Shown: positions 12,020-24,226 of the stretch, one piece after another
How positions within the stretch are numbered: the first letter of the stretch is position 1
How the letters are laid out: each line of letters opens with the position of its first letter
Assembly (NCBI GenBank): GCA_025603075.1
Contig: MU626260.1
Location: 62,001-126,000, forward strand
Length of the DNA: 64,000 nt
Direction of reading: 5' to 3'
Source: Neoconidiobolus thromboides FSU 785
Taxonomy: Eukaryota; Fungi; Entomophthoromycota
Program-made: the position numbers and the translations under genes
Notes under the pieces: generated by a model
What the model was told of the DNA's origin: nothing
Databases searched by the model: none
The model's input: only the letters and a program-made list of their open reading frames with translations

Positions 12020-13348
12020 TTATAATTTAGAAGTAGATAAAGCCGAAGAAGGAAGTTTTTTAGGATCAAAATTAGTACACACCTCCCTGACCCAAGTGGT
12101 ATAACGAGAAATTATCTAAACAATAAATAATAAATAATAAATAATAAATCCTATAATTAATGTTGAAACTTACATCGTCTCCACATAAGTCATTTTGTAC
12201 TAAACAAATATAAATGATTAGTTAGAATAATAAATATAGATGTGGTTTTACACTCATGGAATCCACCTTCAATGGTTTCAAATTTTAAGTTTGGTATTTT
12301 ATTATAAGCCTTTAATTTTCCATAGAAAGTTTTTGTTGCTTTATATTCAGTCACTTTATCAACATCTCCATGGGTAATATATAGATGAGGTACATTAATC
12401 TTTTTATATCTTTCTTTAAGCAATTCTCTTCCACCAATTACTAAATCTCTTACTAAACATGTTGTTAATTTATATTTCCAAATAAATTAGATTAATTACT
12501 TTGAAGTAATTGGTAAGTATCATACATCATCTCATCCTTTGCAGCTGCGTCTCTTATTTCTTGTACTCTAGATAAATGATCGAGGTCTAAGAATTTTAAA
12601 TTTAAACTTTTATTTTAAATAAAAAATTACCTATTGGTATCTTAAGCATTATCCACGGCATAACTTTACAAATAAGCTCTAAAATGGGTATAATAAAAGC
12701 GGGAGGACTTGATTCTTTAGCTACTTTTACGCAAGGGGCTATAACCAATTTTAAACTAAATTATTAGTGGTTTAAGTTACTTACAACCAATAAGCCCTCC
12801 ATAGATCTTATCCCGATATTTTCCTATTGCCAAGTAGTTCAAGGCACAGTTCCCGCCCTTTAATTTATTAACTAGGATAAATTATAATTGAACTTTTGCT
12901 TACCCAACTTTGAGCATACAATATCAAAGGTAGATTTTTATCTTCAATAGATTCAATAGTAGCATCGATATCTTTTAGTACTCTTAACAAACCTCTACCA
13001 CGTCCAAAAGTATTTTTAAGCTTTGCAGTGTAACCATGACCCACCTGGTCAAAACTGTAAATTTTATAACCATCTTTAAGGAAGTGTTGAAATATTGGGG
13101 TATAACGATTGCAATATTCTGCAAACCCATGGACAAAGACAATATTCCCAATTAGTTGTTTGTTCTCATCTAAAGGCTAATAAATTGTTAAAAAGCTTCA
13201 AGTAAAATAATACTATTACCATCCAAGTCTTGTAATAAATTTGGTCTTTTTCGTCATTAATACGATAACCTTCATAATACCGATAGCCTTCATCACTCAC
13301 CTTAATTTCTAAATTGTTACTGTTAGACAATTGAGTTGAGGCTTCCAT
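12020..13348 (-). CDS. Alpha/beta hydrolase, monoglyceride lipase/lysophospholipase-like (Yju3-like), multi-exon, C-terminal SKL
   Basis: Spliced motifs FVHGFAEYCNRY, FDQVGHG, nucleophile elbow AQSWGG (split by an intron), ITHGDVDKVT, GGFHEL, ending ...ALSTSKL*. Confidence 0.85.
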
Positions 13349-16041
13349 TTTTCCGATGATTAAAAAACAAAGTGACCATGATCATAGTTCTTATTTATAT
13401 TTTATTCTTTTTCCATGCCTTATTCCCCTAAACACCTCTTTTAAAAAACACTTGAATTTTAAAGCCAATTTTAAAGTTTAATTTGATATTTTTAATTTTA
13501 AACTATGGTTTTATAATAGATTAGCTAAATTAGGTAAATGGTTTGTAAATCGTTTTAAATTTTGGTTTGTGAAGATAAAAAATAGGAATTTTTAGAGCAT
13601 GTAATATATTAGTTTATCACTTAGAAAAATGAATTAACACTTTTTTTGATAAAAATATTGAAAGTTATTTTCATTTTAATAGCATTGTTATTTCTATCAG
13701 TAACTGCCATTTTCTCTAAAAAAATAGCGGTATACGTCAATGAATTTGATTTCCATTTTATTCCTTTATTTCCTACCCTTATTTTTTAGAAAGTTCATTT
13801 ATAGTCGTATCGATTTTTAATACACAGCAAGGTATCAACTTTATAATAATAGTTTAAAACAAGTGTTTCCCTTGCTTATAATAAGGATTTTATTTATGAT
13901 ATTATATTTTAATTTTGAAGAATGTTATAGACTTCATATATAACATCTAATTATCATTTTTTCAATTTTTACCATATGATTTACATTTCACATTTAAAAT
14001 TACAAAATTTACCGGATAATTAAAAATAAAAAGAATAAAGTTGATGTTTTAACGCCATCGAGCGGATGGTTATTATGTATGGTAACTTAAGAGGAAACAT
14101 GTTTTGGACTCTAATATTTGTTCATTATGATCATAATTCCAGAGGTTTTGATTGAATGCTAAATCTTTATTATTTTAGAACTTACACATATATGCCAGTA
14201 TATATTAGGACAAGATTATAACATTAAAAGATATCAAGAGAGCTTTAGTCAAAAAATATCTTGAAAGAGGATGAACTCCTCAATTGATTTATCAACTAAA
14301 AGTAAGAAGTGGTACAGATGACCGTGAGAAAGAAGAGGAAAATAAGGGTGATATATGAGGAGTAAACAGCTAATGACTTAAGCTCAATAATGTCCGCTTT
14401 TGATCTTATTAAATAAAAGCTAATAACTTTATGTTCCAACTTCTGAAGGTTAAATTACTAGATTATTTTACTATTGACTCTTTTCTCATAAATTCGATTG
14501 GCGATGACACTCGTACTTTTAAAAAAAATGAAAATGATAGCTTACGACTATGCTTATTAATACCTCTTACCTTATAGAAACAATAAGTTTATTTCCTAGG
14601 CATAATAAAATAATAACTTATTATTATCACTTTTATCTTTAGTAAATAAATAGTTGAACTTGAATATTTTAATAATAAATCTAGGGTTGTTTGTATTACT
14701 TACTCATTAAAATGAAGAGATACATAATAAAACGACTAATATTATACTGTTCTAATAGTACATTTATAAAAAAAATATTTTATTTTTTAAATAATTGTAT
14801 CGGTGTTTCTATTTATTAGTAACTTTTGATATCAATTGGTACTCTAAATTAATAAATTTCCGTGAAGTAAAGAAGCACTAGTTAATGGACCACTTCCCCA
14901 CATTATCAATTAATATTTGTTTAACTTAATAATTACTTGGGAGGATTTAGGTACTTTGAAGAATATTTTGAAAAAAACGGATTATTTTAAAAATTAGTCT
15001 TTGTTACTCATCATTAAATATTAACTTTATTTTAGACTTTAAATTCTTATAAATAAACATAGACTCTTGTACATTTTTAAAAATATAATAGATTGACATT
15101 TAAAAATAGTTTATTATTTAAAAATATACTTATTTTATTATTTTAATTTATTGTGTTCATGTATTTAAAGACTAAAAATTAATTAGAAAAGATGACTAAA
15201 GACAACTTAATTAAAATAAGTAATATTCAGTTTACTTCTTAAATTGTGAAATGAATTGTATTGTGTCCAAGTTTAAATAATATAATATTAAGTTCTTAAT
15301 TCTAGATAACTTAAAAAGATGATAAATTATAACTATTTACATCAAACATTTAGATTACTTAATAAAATAGAATATTTCATTAATTATATAATTGCTAGTT
15401 TAATTATATATTCGTTCGCTATAAAGATGTTAAAATAATTAAACTAAGGTGAGGATCCTGTATAAATAATAATTGCATTTAATTAACATCATACTTGTTT
15501 ATTTCATTTCATTTCAAGTCAATTTCCAAAATTATAACTTTTGAAAAGGTTTGAAAAGGTTGAACATGGCAATTCCTTTACCAAATATCACAATTAGTAT
15601 TCATGGGAACTATGCTTTTATTTACCATATTATATAAATATTCTTCAAATAAGTGATTGATAATAATCTTTTATTATTAAAATAGGTAATTAAGTTATAG
15701 TCCAGTTTAGAAATTAACTCACTCATAGAAAGTTGTTGCATATCATTTTAACATCTTTTATTCAAAAGATTATTAAAGATTTAAAACTTATAAGACTTTA
15801 AAAACAAAGAAACAAAAGTACAGGTTTTATTACAATTTATTCAATAGAAACATGAATATAAAAATAAACTATTCAAATGAAAATGATACAAAATAAACAT
15901 TGAAAACCTCAATTTTATAAGTAATTTTTGAAAAAATTTCATTTTAGATTAATAATACTTTAAAAACATAAGAATTGCTCATTAATTTTTAAATTTGAAA
16001 TTTTAAACTTTAAATTGTGACTGTCTATTGAAATAAGATAG

Positions 16042-16132
16042 AAATAAAATAAAACAAAAATAAAATAAAATAAAATAAAATAAAAATAAAATAAAATAAA
16101 ATAAAATAAAATAAAATAAAATAAAATAAAAA
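16042..16132. repeat. (AAAAT)n microsatellite
   Basis: About 18 near-perfect AAAAT units read directly. Confidence 0.95.
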
Positions 16133-16359
16133 GTTACTGACATACAATTAATAATCGGATACCATCATTATAAAAAGAAAGTGAATATTTAATAGCTTAT
16201 TTACATTAATATACAAAGCTAAAAATGAGAAAGTATTAGTAATGAACTTATTGATAATATTATTAATATAACAACATTTAGAATTGAACATCAATAATTG
16301 AGTACAACGAATTAGTTAAAAATGTAATATACAGAATTTGAGAAACATCATTAAATAAT

Positions 16360-16465
16360 ATATGAGGATATTTTTTTGACTTCATCACTTCTTCTATCTT
16401 TTAAGCGCTATTTCAGTGGAAAAATCGTTAGTAAAATTCTTAAATACAAAAATACATTCCCATAT
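16360..16465 (+). mobile_element. MITE-like repeat, copy 2
   Basis: ATATGAGGATATTTTT...TTTTAAGCGCTATTTCAGTGGAAAAATCGTTAG...ACATTCCCATAT. Confidence 0.85.
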
Positions 16466-16655
16466 GATTTATTAAATAACAAGAATAAATTTTATAATTT
16501 TAACAGTAGAAGTTATTATGTTTGAGGGAAATTTTTTATTCTCCTCCATTTATAAATCTCTCTCAAATTATTTGTTACATAGTTGAATAGGTAAATAAAC
16601 AGCTGTTTTTTAATTAAGTTTTAGGGTTTTCTTCTTTTTTATGAAACCAATTAAT

Positions 16656-16709
16656 TTTATATAGTTTATATAGTTTATATAGTTTATATAATTTATATAG
16701 TTTATATAG
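16656..16709. repeat. 9-bp tandem repeat (TTTATATAG) x6
   Basis: Six units, one with a G>A change. Confidence 0.9.
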
Positions 16710-17233
16710 TTAATATGCTTGTTTAAAAAATTGAATAGCTTTTTATAAAAATAAGTAATGAGGCTATTTTTTTTTAAAATAATTAAAATTATTCCTACTT
16801 AGTGGCACCATCACAATAATTTATTATATAGATAATAGCTTTGTTTTTAACATTGATTGAATATAGTTGTCCGACTCAATAATTTTCAATTATAACTATT
16901 ATTTCATGGAAACTATTGATCTTAATGATTGGTGGAGTACTGTTTTCATTTAATTTATTGGTGTTAAAATGAACGTTGTTATCAAATGATGAATTTTAAT
17001 TAGTAAGTTACTCGCTATATTCAATATTTATGAAAATCAACCAATCAAATGAACCAAATTCCCTTTTCGAATTGGGAAAAGGAGCAAACCTAAAGTATAA
17101 ATTACTGCTCAAATTCAATCATTGTTTTTTACTTTTGTTAACAATCCATCCCTCGACCCATTCTTTGATAGAATTGCTGATAAATGAACATTAGTGTACA
17201 ATTTAATTAAAAAACAGCACTATCCCATCCATT

Positions 17234-17839
17234 ATGACATCTCAAATTAACCTATCTCATTACTCTACCTCAACTTCCACTATTGAACAACCTAGTGAAA
17301 TGACATTCCATTTACCTTATCATCAAAATATACTCAATTTGCCACTCCACAAGGTAAGGGCGAAACCTGGCCGTAAACCCAGTCCTTTGGAGCCAGCTAA
17401 TAAACGATTAGCACAGAACCGTATAGCGCAAAGAGCATATCGTGAGCGTAAAGAAAATCATTTAAGATATCTTGAGGAAAGAGTACATGCTTTAGAGATC
17501 ATTAACAGTGACCAAAACCATATGATCTTACGATTACAAAGAGAAAATCAGCAATTAAATTCACGTTTACAAACTTCATTACCAACCAATGAAACTACTT
17601 CATTGATACCATCTTCGCATTCAGGCGGAAGTTCTCCATTAAAAGAAGAATTTGGTTTTTATAATTCAAATTATAAAATGATCGGCTGTGCCGAGAAGTT
17701 GAATAAATTGAATGTACAACATCAAACTACTTTAATTAATAAAGAATGCTTTCGTCTCCCTGGCATCGATTCTTTACTTAAAGCCTCTACCACTTCGGAT
17801 GATGAAGACACTTATATATCAACTCGAATCTGGTCTTAA
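17234..17839 (+). CDS. bZIP transcription factor of the AP-1/Yap/HapX type
   Basis: RAKPGRKP (Hap4-like segment) precedes the basic region KRLAQNRIAQRAYRERKENHLRYLE and a leucine zipper. C-terminal LPGIDSLL. Confidence 0.88.
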   Translation: MTSQINLSHYSTSTSTIEQPSEMTFHLPYHQNILNLPLHKVRAKPGRKPSPLEPANKRLAQNRIAQRAYRERKENHLRYLEERVHALEIINSDQNHMILRLQRENQQLNSRLQTSLPTNETTSLIPSSHSGGSSPLKEEFGFYNSNYKMIGCAEKLNKLNVQHQTTLINKECFRLPGIDSLLKASTTSDDEDTYISTRIWS

Positions 17840-18706
17840 AGAATGAAATTTTTTAGAAGATTTTAGTTTTATTAGGCTGTGCCAATTGAACTAAAGGTTC
17901 TATTAATTTATTTATTTAAGACCTTATTTTTTGATCTATTTGTTACTAAATTTTGATTAAGTTAATAAATTATTTCATCTGAATAATAATTTTTTTTACT
18001 TGTATTTTTTTTATTCATGTTCTAGTATTCATTGATTAAAAGTTAATATTGTTTTACTAAGCTTATGTAAGATTAGAATAATTGTTAAAATAAAATTATT
18101 TTATAAATAAAGATTAAATCCCATTTTGAAATATTTGAGTGGGAATAAAAATTATTATTTTTTTTAAAAAAGTTTGTATATTTTTTCAAAATATTGAAAA
18201 TGTTTTAAGGTGTCTTAACATTTAATATGATTAGTAAATAAATTAACTCAATTTTAATAAAATAAAACTTCAATTAAGTATTAAAATTTAAAAAAATTAA
18301 TAACTCAATTTTATATAACTCATTAACTGATCAGTGTTAATAAAATAATAATGAATATTAAGGTTTATAAATATTTTAAATAAAGGAGTAAAAATAAGTG
18401 TTCTTTAAATATTCTTATTCTTTTTATTTTAGGTCAAATAAGTAAAATTAATCGCTTTTTTTAATAATATTAAAAACTCGAGTTCTTTTAATAATATTAA
18501 AACTTGAATATTATTACTGTCTATCCAGTATAATAAGAACTATCGGATAAACACAAATCCAAATTAACTCATAAAGTAAAATCACATCAAAGTTTTCCAT
18601 CAACAATAAAAAATCAAATAATAATTATAAAATTTTATTTTTCAACCGAATACTTCATTATAATATTTTAAAAATTTACCTATTTTTCATTAACTTAATC
18701 TTATAA

Positions 18707-21700
18707 TTAAAATAGAACATTTCCTACTTTTTTTAAAAATTGATTCACTGCCAATCGAACTTCCATTTTATCAGTAAGAGAAACATCAACTGCAAGATAA
18801 TACAAAGATTTTAAATGAGGTAAAAATAAATTATATTCTACTTGAACTTGTTCATCATTGGGTACTTCTTCTTTCTCTCCTTTTTTATTCCAAGGTACAT
18901 TCCCTACATCTTTAAATATTTGTGCTACTAAATAAGACCAATTAGCAATATCTCTTTGTTTATTTGAATGTTCTTTGATTAATTCAATAAACAACATTAA
19001 GATTCTTTCACTTTCTTGTATCAATTCTGGGAACATTGGTTTGACTTGAAACTTGAATTCTGTATTATTGCTTTCATTTAATAAAGTGTCATAAGAATCT
19101 CCAAATTTAGTATATAAAGAATAGGCAATTTGTAGATAAATACTTAATGCTGATGTTTCTTGTCTTATTAAATGAGGTAATTGAGCTACATGATTATTAG
19201 ACCAAAGGTAATGTCTTAATTGTTTATGTTCATTAAATCTAGCTGCAAATTCAGCTGATCCTTTTAATAGTTTTAACCACTGTCTTGAAATGGTTGGTGG
19301 CATATTCATCATTGGATTACTATAATTTTTATTTTTATTATTATGAATTTCTTCTTCTTTATCAGAATATTGTGCAATTTCTCGTATCATATGTAATACC
19401 GATAAATGAACTCGACATTTTAATAATTCAGATTGTAAATCTATCTCTGGTTTATCATAATTATTATCATGATTTATTATCTTATTTTTACCATTAATAA
19501 ATTTAATATTCTCTTGAATTATTGCTTGTTTTTCATTATTAATTTCATCTTTTTCATTATTAATTTCATCTTTTTCATCATTAATTTCATCTTTTTCATA
19601 TTCATTTTCAAATGGAATATCATTATTAGATAAATGATTTTGATTTATTATTTCATTTTTATCATCTGTTTGTTTGTCTTCCATTGATTCTTGTGTGTTT
19701 TCATCAAATCCTTCAGGTAAAATTTCAAATAAATAATGAGGGGTTGTAATTTCAAAAAATTCATTTAAACATTTAGTTATTAAATTCCATAATTCCAATT
19801 CAAATCTAGCTGAATTATCAATAACAATAGCTTTAAAGATAGCTAAACCATGTTTTGTTAAATTATCATCTAAATGGAAGCTGAGTGTAGAAGCAATAAG
19901 ATGAAACATTTGTTCTAAAAATTCCATATTATTGGCCAAATCATGATAATATTCTTCAAATAAAGATATCAATAAAGTTAATGCTTTAACCCAAGTTTCT
20001 GATTCTTTACTCTTATTTTTAACTTTTAACTTTACATCATCAAAGATAGGTAATAGTACACTTCTTAAGATAGAATTCCAGAAATTAGGTGAATATAATT
20101 TACCACTTAATTTTAATGTTTCAAATAGTCGAATTAAACTTTCTTCTCTTAGACTATCAAAATGAGCATCGATAACAATTCTAGATAAACTTGATAATAC
20201 TGGGAACCATCTTAAAAATAACAAATCATCTTGTGATATCGTTTCATTATTATTATTAGTTTCATTGCTATTACTATTTTCTTCTTGAACTTTAAGAAAA
20301 GGTTCCACACATTGTTGAATTAATTCAATTGCTTCTAAGGCAATATCTTTAGATACTTTGTTAATACCAAATGAAACTAAACAATTGACACCATCTACAA
20401 ATCCAATCCCTAAAATAGAAAAATGTTGTTCAAATACTAATTTAACTAATTGGAAGGAAGCAGCTAACACCGATAAAGATGGATTATTAGCTGCTAAATT
20501 TCCTAAGACTGAAAATACCGATTTCCAACCAGATTTAATATTAGATGCTTTAGCAGTAACCATTTGAGATAATGATTGTAATATTAAATCTTGCATGTTA
20601 GGTGATAAATTATGTCTAGAAATATGTTCGAATGGTTTTAAAAAATCATGTTGAGTATGAAATTGACTTAATTCGGATCGTTCAAAAAATTTCATTGATA
20701 ACTGTCTTAAGGAATCGATAGCTAACGCAGCTACATGATGGTCTTCATGACAACCAACAGTATTAAAATAAGGTCTTAATATTTTCCAAATTTGTGTCCA
20801 TTCTAATCTTATACGTGTCATATTATAGTAAGTTATTTCCACTATTTTATGTAATGAAAAAGTACGCGGTCTTCCTGGATATCCTTCATCTACTTCTTGT
20901 AAAGATACATTACAAATAGCTCGATAAAAATGAATAATTGATAATCCATTGAAATTACTTGAATTTCCAAAGATTTTATCGATTGCTACTAAAAAAGATT
21001 GAGATCTCAATTCATTTAATTTTTCACTAAAATTAAGTTGAGATCTTAATTGTTCAATTAAAGATAAATCTTGAGATAAAGCTAGAGGTCCTCCTGTTAA
21101 TCTTCTTGTTGATGTAGTTACTTTACCATCAATTGATAAAGATCTTCTTGTATGTGTTGATGTTGTTTTATCTCTTGAAGATATTCTTGATGGGGACTCA
21201 GATTGATCACCAAATAAATGTAATTGCTCCATTCTAGAAATAGCCTCTAATATTAATTCCCAAGATTCATCTAAATATTCTCCATAAATATAAGCTAAAT
21301 TAGTTAGTGTTTTAATACATTGAATACTTTTTGGACGCATTGAATCAATTTTATTAATTGATGTAAATTTTACTAGTGCTGATATAAATGCGTTTCTCTC
21401 GATTTCCATATAATATAAACAACTAATCCTTATTGCTCCTGAAAAACCTTCTAAACATAATTCAATTGATTCTTCATTAATTTCCCTTTCACTTAAATTG
21501 TCATTATTGATGTCATTAATTTCTTCAAATATTCTAGATAAAGCAGCAATTACTGGATACCAAGCAATAGCAAACATTGGTTTAACATGATCGGAATGGG
21601 TAGCTGATAAAAATAAATTCGATTGTTTACTTGAATCTTGGCCTTGGAATAAAGATACTAATTTCTTTTGTAAAAAAGCAGTTTCTTGATGATATCTTAT

Positions 21701-24226
21701 TAATTTTTCAGTTGGACCACTTAAATCTTTATTAAAATGTTCTTCTTCCATAATGATTTCTTTATTTTTAATATCTTCAAAGATATTAATTAAATAACTT
21801 TCTTCCAAATCTTTACCATTATTGATTCCCTTATTATTTCGTATAAACATCATTTGATCCATTCGATTTTTAACTTGTTGACTATGTTGATCGGTATTTA
21901 ACATCATAACAGAAAAGGCTAACACATAAGCTGTATCTGCACTTTCAAATTCTTTTGGATTTGTTTCACAATATCGATCAGCAAATTTTTCTAATATTCG
22001 GTCAATTTGTTGAGTTTCTTTGGGTAATCTAAAAGATTGAACAAAAGCTCTTAAAGCATCCACAAAGGACATTTTAAAAAAATCAAATTGATCAACAAAA
22101 GCATGCATTATTTGAATTGCTTTTTCTTCTGGTCTCCCTAAATAAGTACCAATACTTTGTTTGCTTAATTCATTTGTTTCTAAAAAAAATTTAGCTATAT
22201 CTTTTGGATCTTCTGTAACAAATCCATTCATTTGTAATTCAATTAATCCTTTTTTTGGACTTTGATTAAATGTATTAATTCCATGAACCCATAATTGTTT
22301 TTGACTACTGATTTGTTGGATTTTTAAGGGATCATCATCATCACTATTTCCATTAGATTCTGAATATTTATTACTTTTTGCATTAGATAAATCATAATTA
22401 CCAACATGCTCTAAATGATTTTTATTAACAACAACTGGTAATCCATCTACTTCACTTATTGATTGAATTGGTGTGTTTTCTCTAGAATCGATTGTTTTAT
22501 TATTGTTGTTATTGTTATTACCTTTACTCCATTCTACTAATGAATTTAAAACAGTAACTAAACATCTTAAACCTCGAACTTTTAACCAACGATCTTCTGA
22601 AATATCATTAGTTGAATTACTATCATTAAAGATTCTTCCTTTTTTATTATTTTGATTAGGTATATTTTTAGTTTGTCTACCTTGAGCTACTTTACTTAAC
22701 AAATCCATCATATTTTCAAAAATACTAGATGAGCCAATGTTACAATCGTAATTAACATACATATCTACAATTGCTTGTGGATTTCTACAAATTTTCATTA
22801 AAGCTTGTAATATTAATGATTTTTGATAATAAGTTGAAGATTGCATATTAATTAACCTTAAATAAATTTCTTTAAATAATACTTCGATTTCCGATTTTAG
22901 GGTAGCTCTAAAAGATGAAAATAATACAATAAATATTGATAATGATAACTCGAAGGTAGTGGGATCAGTGGAGATCCCATTTTTGGATAATGATACACAT
23001 AAATTTCTTTTTAATACTTGTGAAAATCTTAAATCTGTTTGAAATAATCTTCCACTATTGTTTAACATTGATAATATTAATTCTAAACTTATCATGCGAC
23101 ATCTAGAATCCGCTAAGATTGCTGATTCTTGATCATTTAATATAGTAGCATCGAATCCTAATGACAAATGACATAATAGATGTAATACTAATATACCATC
23201 TTCTTCTAACATTTCTTTTTCTAGTATTAAATTTTCAATCACAGAATAATTTTTATCTGCTAATTTGGAATTCCTACTTTTAGTATTAATACTTTCATTT
23301 TCCACTGGTATCTCTGGTAAACTGGTATTATTATTTTCATTCGCCTCCTCTTTTTCTTCTTTCTTAATTTCTAACTTTCCATTTTGGTTTTTGATCTTTT
23401 GATTGCATTCTTCCATTCTGGAAACAACTAAATTTACCATCTGTGTTAAGATTGCTTTACTTGTAGTTTGGATCACTGGTTTTGTTGAATAAACAGTCAT
23501 ATTAATTAATGTTTGAACCATTTTAATTAAAGTAACTCCATGAATTTTAATAGCTGAATTAACAAAGATAGTTAACAATGTTTGTGCTACCAATACTTGA
23601 ATAGCTTCTTCTGTTTTAGAACCAATATAACAATGACATATGGTATTGATTAAATCATCAATTAATTTATATTGATATTGTGAATTTATTTTGTTTTTAT
23701 TTTCTTTATTCTCTTTGCTTTCAATTGTCTCATTTGGCCATAGTAATTCAAATGCAGTTAACCCATTCTCTTCTTCACAATGAAATTTACTATCAAATGG
23801 ATTCAATCCATTTTTCAATGCCAATGCTAGATCAATTCTCATTTCTTTACTTCCCTCTTTCTTTGGATACTCCCAATTTTCTTCTCCAGACAATAATCCA
23901 TGTGCTGTTAATTTTTGTATCACTTCTAAACTACTTTGTTGAATTTTAATGGGCATCCAATTTTGACATGCTAATTTATAACATTTGTAATATCGATCAC
24001 CAATATTTTCAATAGACACTATATCTTCTACACGTATACTTTCACTTTCAATAGCATCTTCTCCAACCTCGCTGGGCGGTGGGGGTAACGATACACCTCC
24101 TATACGTCGCTTTTGTACTTGCTCCATGTCCTCGAGTGCCAATTTTGTTAACGAAGCCAGTTTCTTCTCTTTTTTTAAGATAGCTTCATCATGCAGCTTT
24201 TTTATTGTTGGTACGAGGATTTCCAT
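18707..24226 (-). CDS. SEC7: Large Arf guanine-nucleotide exchange factor of the Sec7/BIG class (DCB-HUS-Sec7-HDS)
   Basis: 1839-aa intronless ORF. HUS box DMYVNYDC. Sec7 domain FRLPKETQQIDRILEKFA...AYVLAFSVMMLNTDQH. HDS motifs YYNMTRIRLEW, IDSLRQLSMKF, NIKSGWKSVF. Confidence 0.93.
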   Translation of the reverse strand: MEILVPTIKKLHDEAILKKEKKLASLTKLALEDMEQVQKRRIGGVSLPPPPSEVGEDAIESESIRVEDIVSIENIGDRYYKCYKLACQNWMPIKIQQSSLEVIQKLTAHGLLSGEENWEYPKKEGSKEMRIDLALALKNGLNPFDSKFHCEEENGLTAFELLWPNETIESKENKENKNKINSQYQYKLIDDLINTICHCYIGSKTEEAIQVLVAQTLLTIFVNSAIKIHGVTLIKMVQTLINMTVYSTKPVIQTTSKAILTQMVNLVVSRMEECNQKIKNQNGKLEIKKEEKEEANENNNTSLPEIPVENESINTKSRNSKLADKNYSVIENLILEKEMLEEDGILVLHLLCHLSLGFDATILNDQESAILADSRCRMISLELILSMLNNSGRLFQTDLRFSQVLKRNLCVSLSKNGISTDPTTFELSLSIFIVLFSSFRATLKSEIEVLFKEIYLRLINMQSSTYYQKSLILQALMKICRNPQAIVDMYVNYDCNIGSSSIFENMMDLLSKVAQGRQTKNIPNQNNKKGRIFNDSNSTNDISEDRWLKVRGLRCLVTVLNSLVEWSKGNNNNNNNKTIDSRENTPIQSISEVDGLPVVVNKNHLEHVGNYDLSNAKSNKYSESNGNSDDDDPLKIQQISSQKQLWVHGINTFNQSPKKGLIELQMNGFVTEDPKDIAKFFLETNELSKQSIGTYLGRPEEKAIQIMHAFVDQFDFFKMSFVDALRAFVQSFRLPKETQQIDRILEKFADRYCETNPKEFESADTAYVLAFSVMMLNTDQHSQQVKNRMDQMMFIRNNKGINNGKDLEESYLINIFEDIKNKEIIMEEEHFNKDLSGPTEKLIRYHQETAFLQKKLVSLFQGQDSSKQSNLFLSATHSDHVKPMFAIAWYPVIAALSRIFEEINDINNDNLSEREINEESIELCLEGFSGAIRISCLYYMEIERNAFISALVKFTSINKIDSMRPKSIQCIKTLTNLAYIYGEYLDESWELILEAISRMEQLHLFGDQSESPSRISSRDKTTSTHTRRSLSIDGKVTTSTRRLTGGPLALSQDLSLIEQLRSQLNFSEKLNELRSQSFLVAIDKIFGNSSNFNGLSIIHFYRAICNVSLQEVDEGYPGRPRTFSLHKIVEITYYNMTRIRLEWTQIWKILRPYFNTVGCHEDHHVAALAIDSLRQLSMKFFERSELSQFHTQHDFLKPFEHISRHNLSPNMQDLILQSLSQMVTAKASNIKSGWKSVFSVLGNLAANNPSLSVLAASFQLVKLVFEQHFSILGIGFVDGVNCLVSFGINKVSKDIALEAIELIQQCVEPFLKVQEENSNSNETNNNNETISQDDLLFLRWFPVLSSLSRIVIDAHFDSLREESLIRLFETLKLSGKLYSPNFWNSILRSVLLPIFDDVKLKVKNKSKESETWVKALTLLISLFEEYYHDLANNMEFLEQMFHLIASTLSFHLDDNLTKHGLAIFKAIVIDNSARFELELWNLITKCLNEFFEITTPHYLFEILPEGFDENTQESMEDKQTDDKNEIINQNHLSNNDIPFENEYEKDEINDEKDEINNEKDEINNEKQAIIQENIKFINGKNKIINHDNNYDKPEIDLQSELLKCRVHLSVLHMIREIAQYSDKEEEIHNNKNKNYSNPMMNMPPTISRQWLKLLKGSAEFAARFNEHKQLRHYLWSNNHVAQLPHLIRQETSALSIYLQIAYSLYTKFGDSYDTLLNESNNTEFKFQVKPMFPELIQESERILMLFIELIKEHSNKQRDIANWSYLVAQIFKDVGNVPWNKKGEKEEVPNDEQVQVEYNLFLPHLKSLYYLAVDVSLTDKMEVRLAVNQFLKKVGNVLF
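19532..19600 (-). repeat. Coding 21-bp tandem repeat x3 (EKDEINN/D) inside SEC7
   Basis: Protein reads EKDEINDEKDEINNEKDEINNEK. Confidence 0.8.

Noticed and set aside
14041-14560. Coding-like patches in intergenic DNA (also ~8650-8800, ~42300-42650, ~51200-51690)
   Set aside because: GC is locally higher, but every frame has stops and no protein or transposon family was recognisable.
8671-16600. Recurring motif GTTGAATAGGT(C)AA at 8671, 10570 and 16582
   Set aside because: Only 11-14 bp are shared and the flanks do not align. Not enough to call a second repeat family.
19285-23949. Short antisense or alternate-frame ORFs in the track that overlap SEC7, tyrosinase, ZDS1, RPS4, DHCR24 and the M28 peptidase
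   Set aside because: They are shadows of real genes on the other strand or frame, with no independent motifs.
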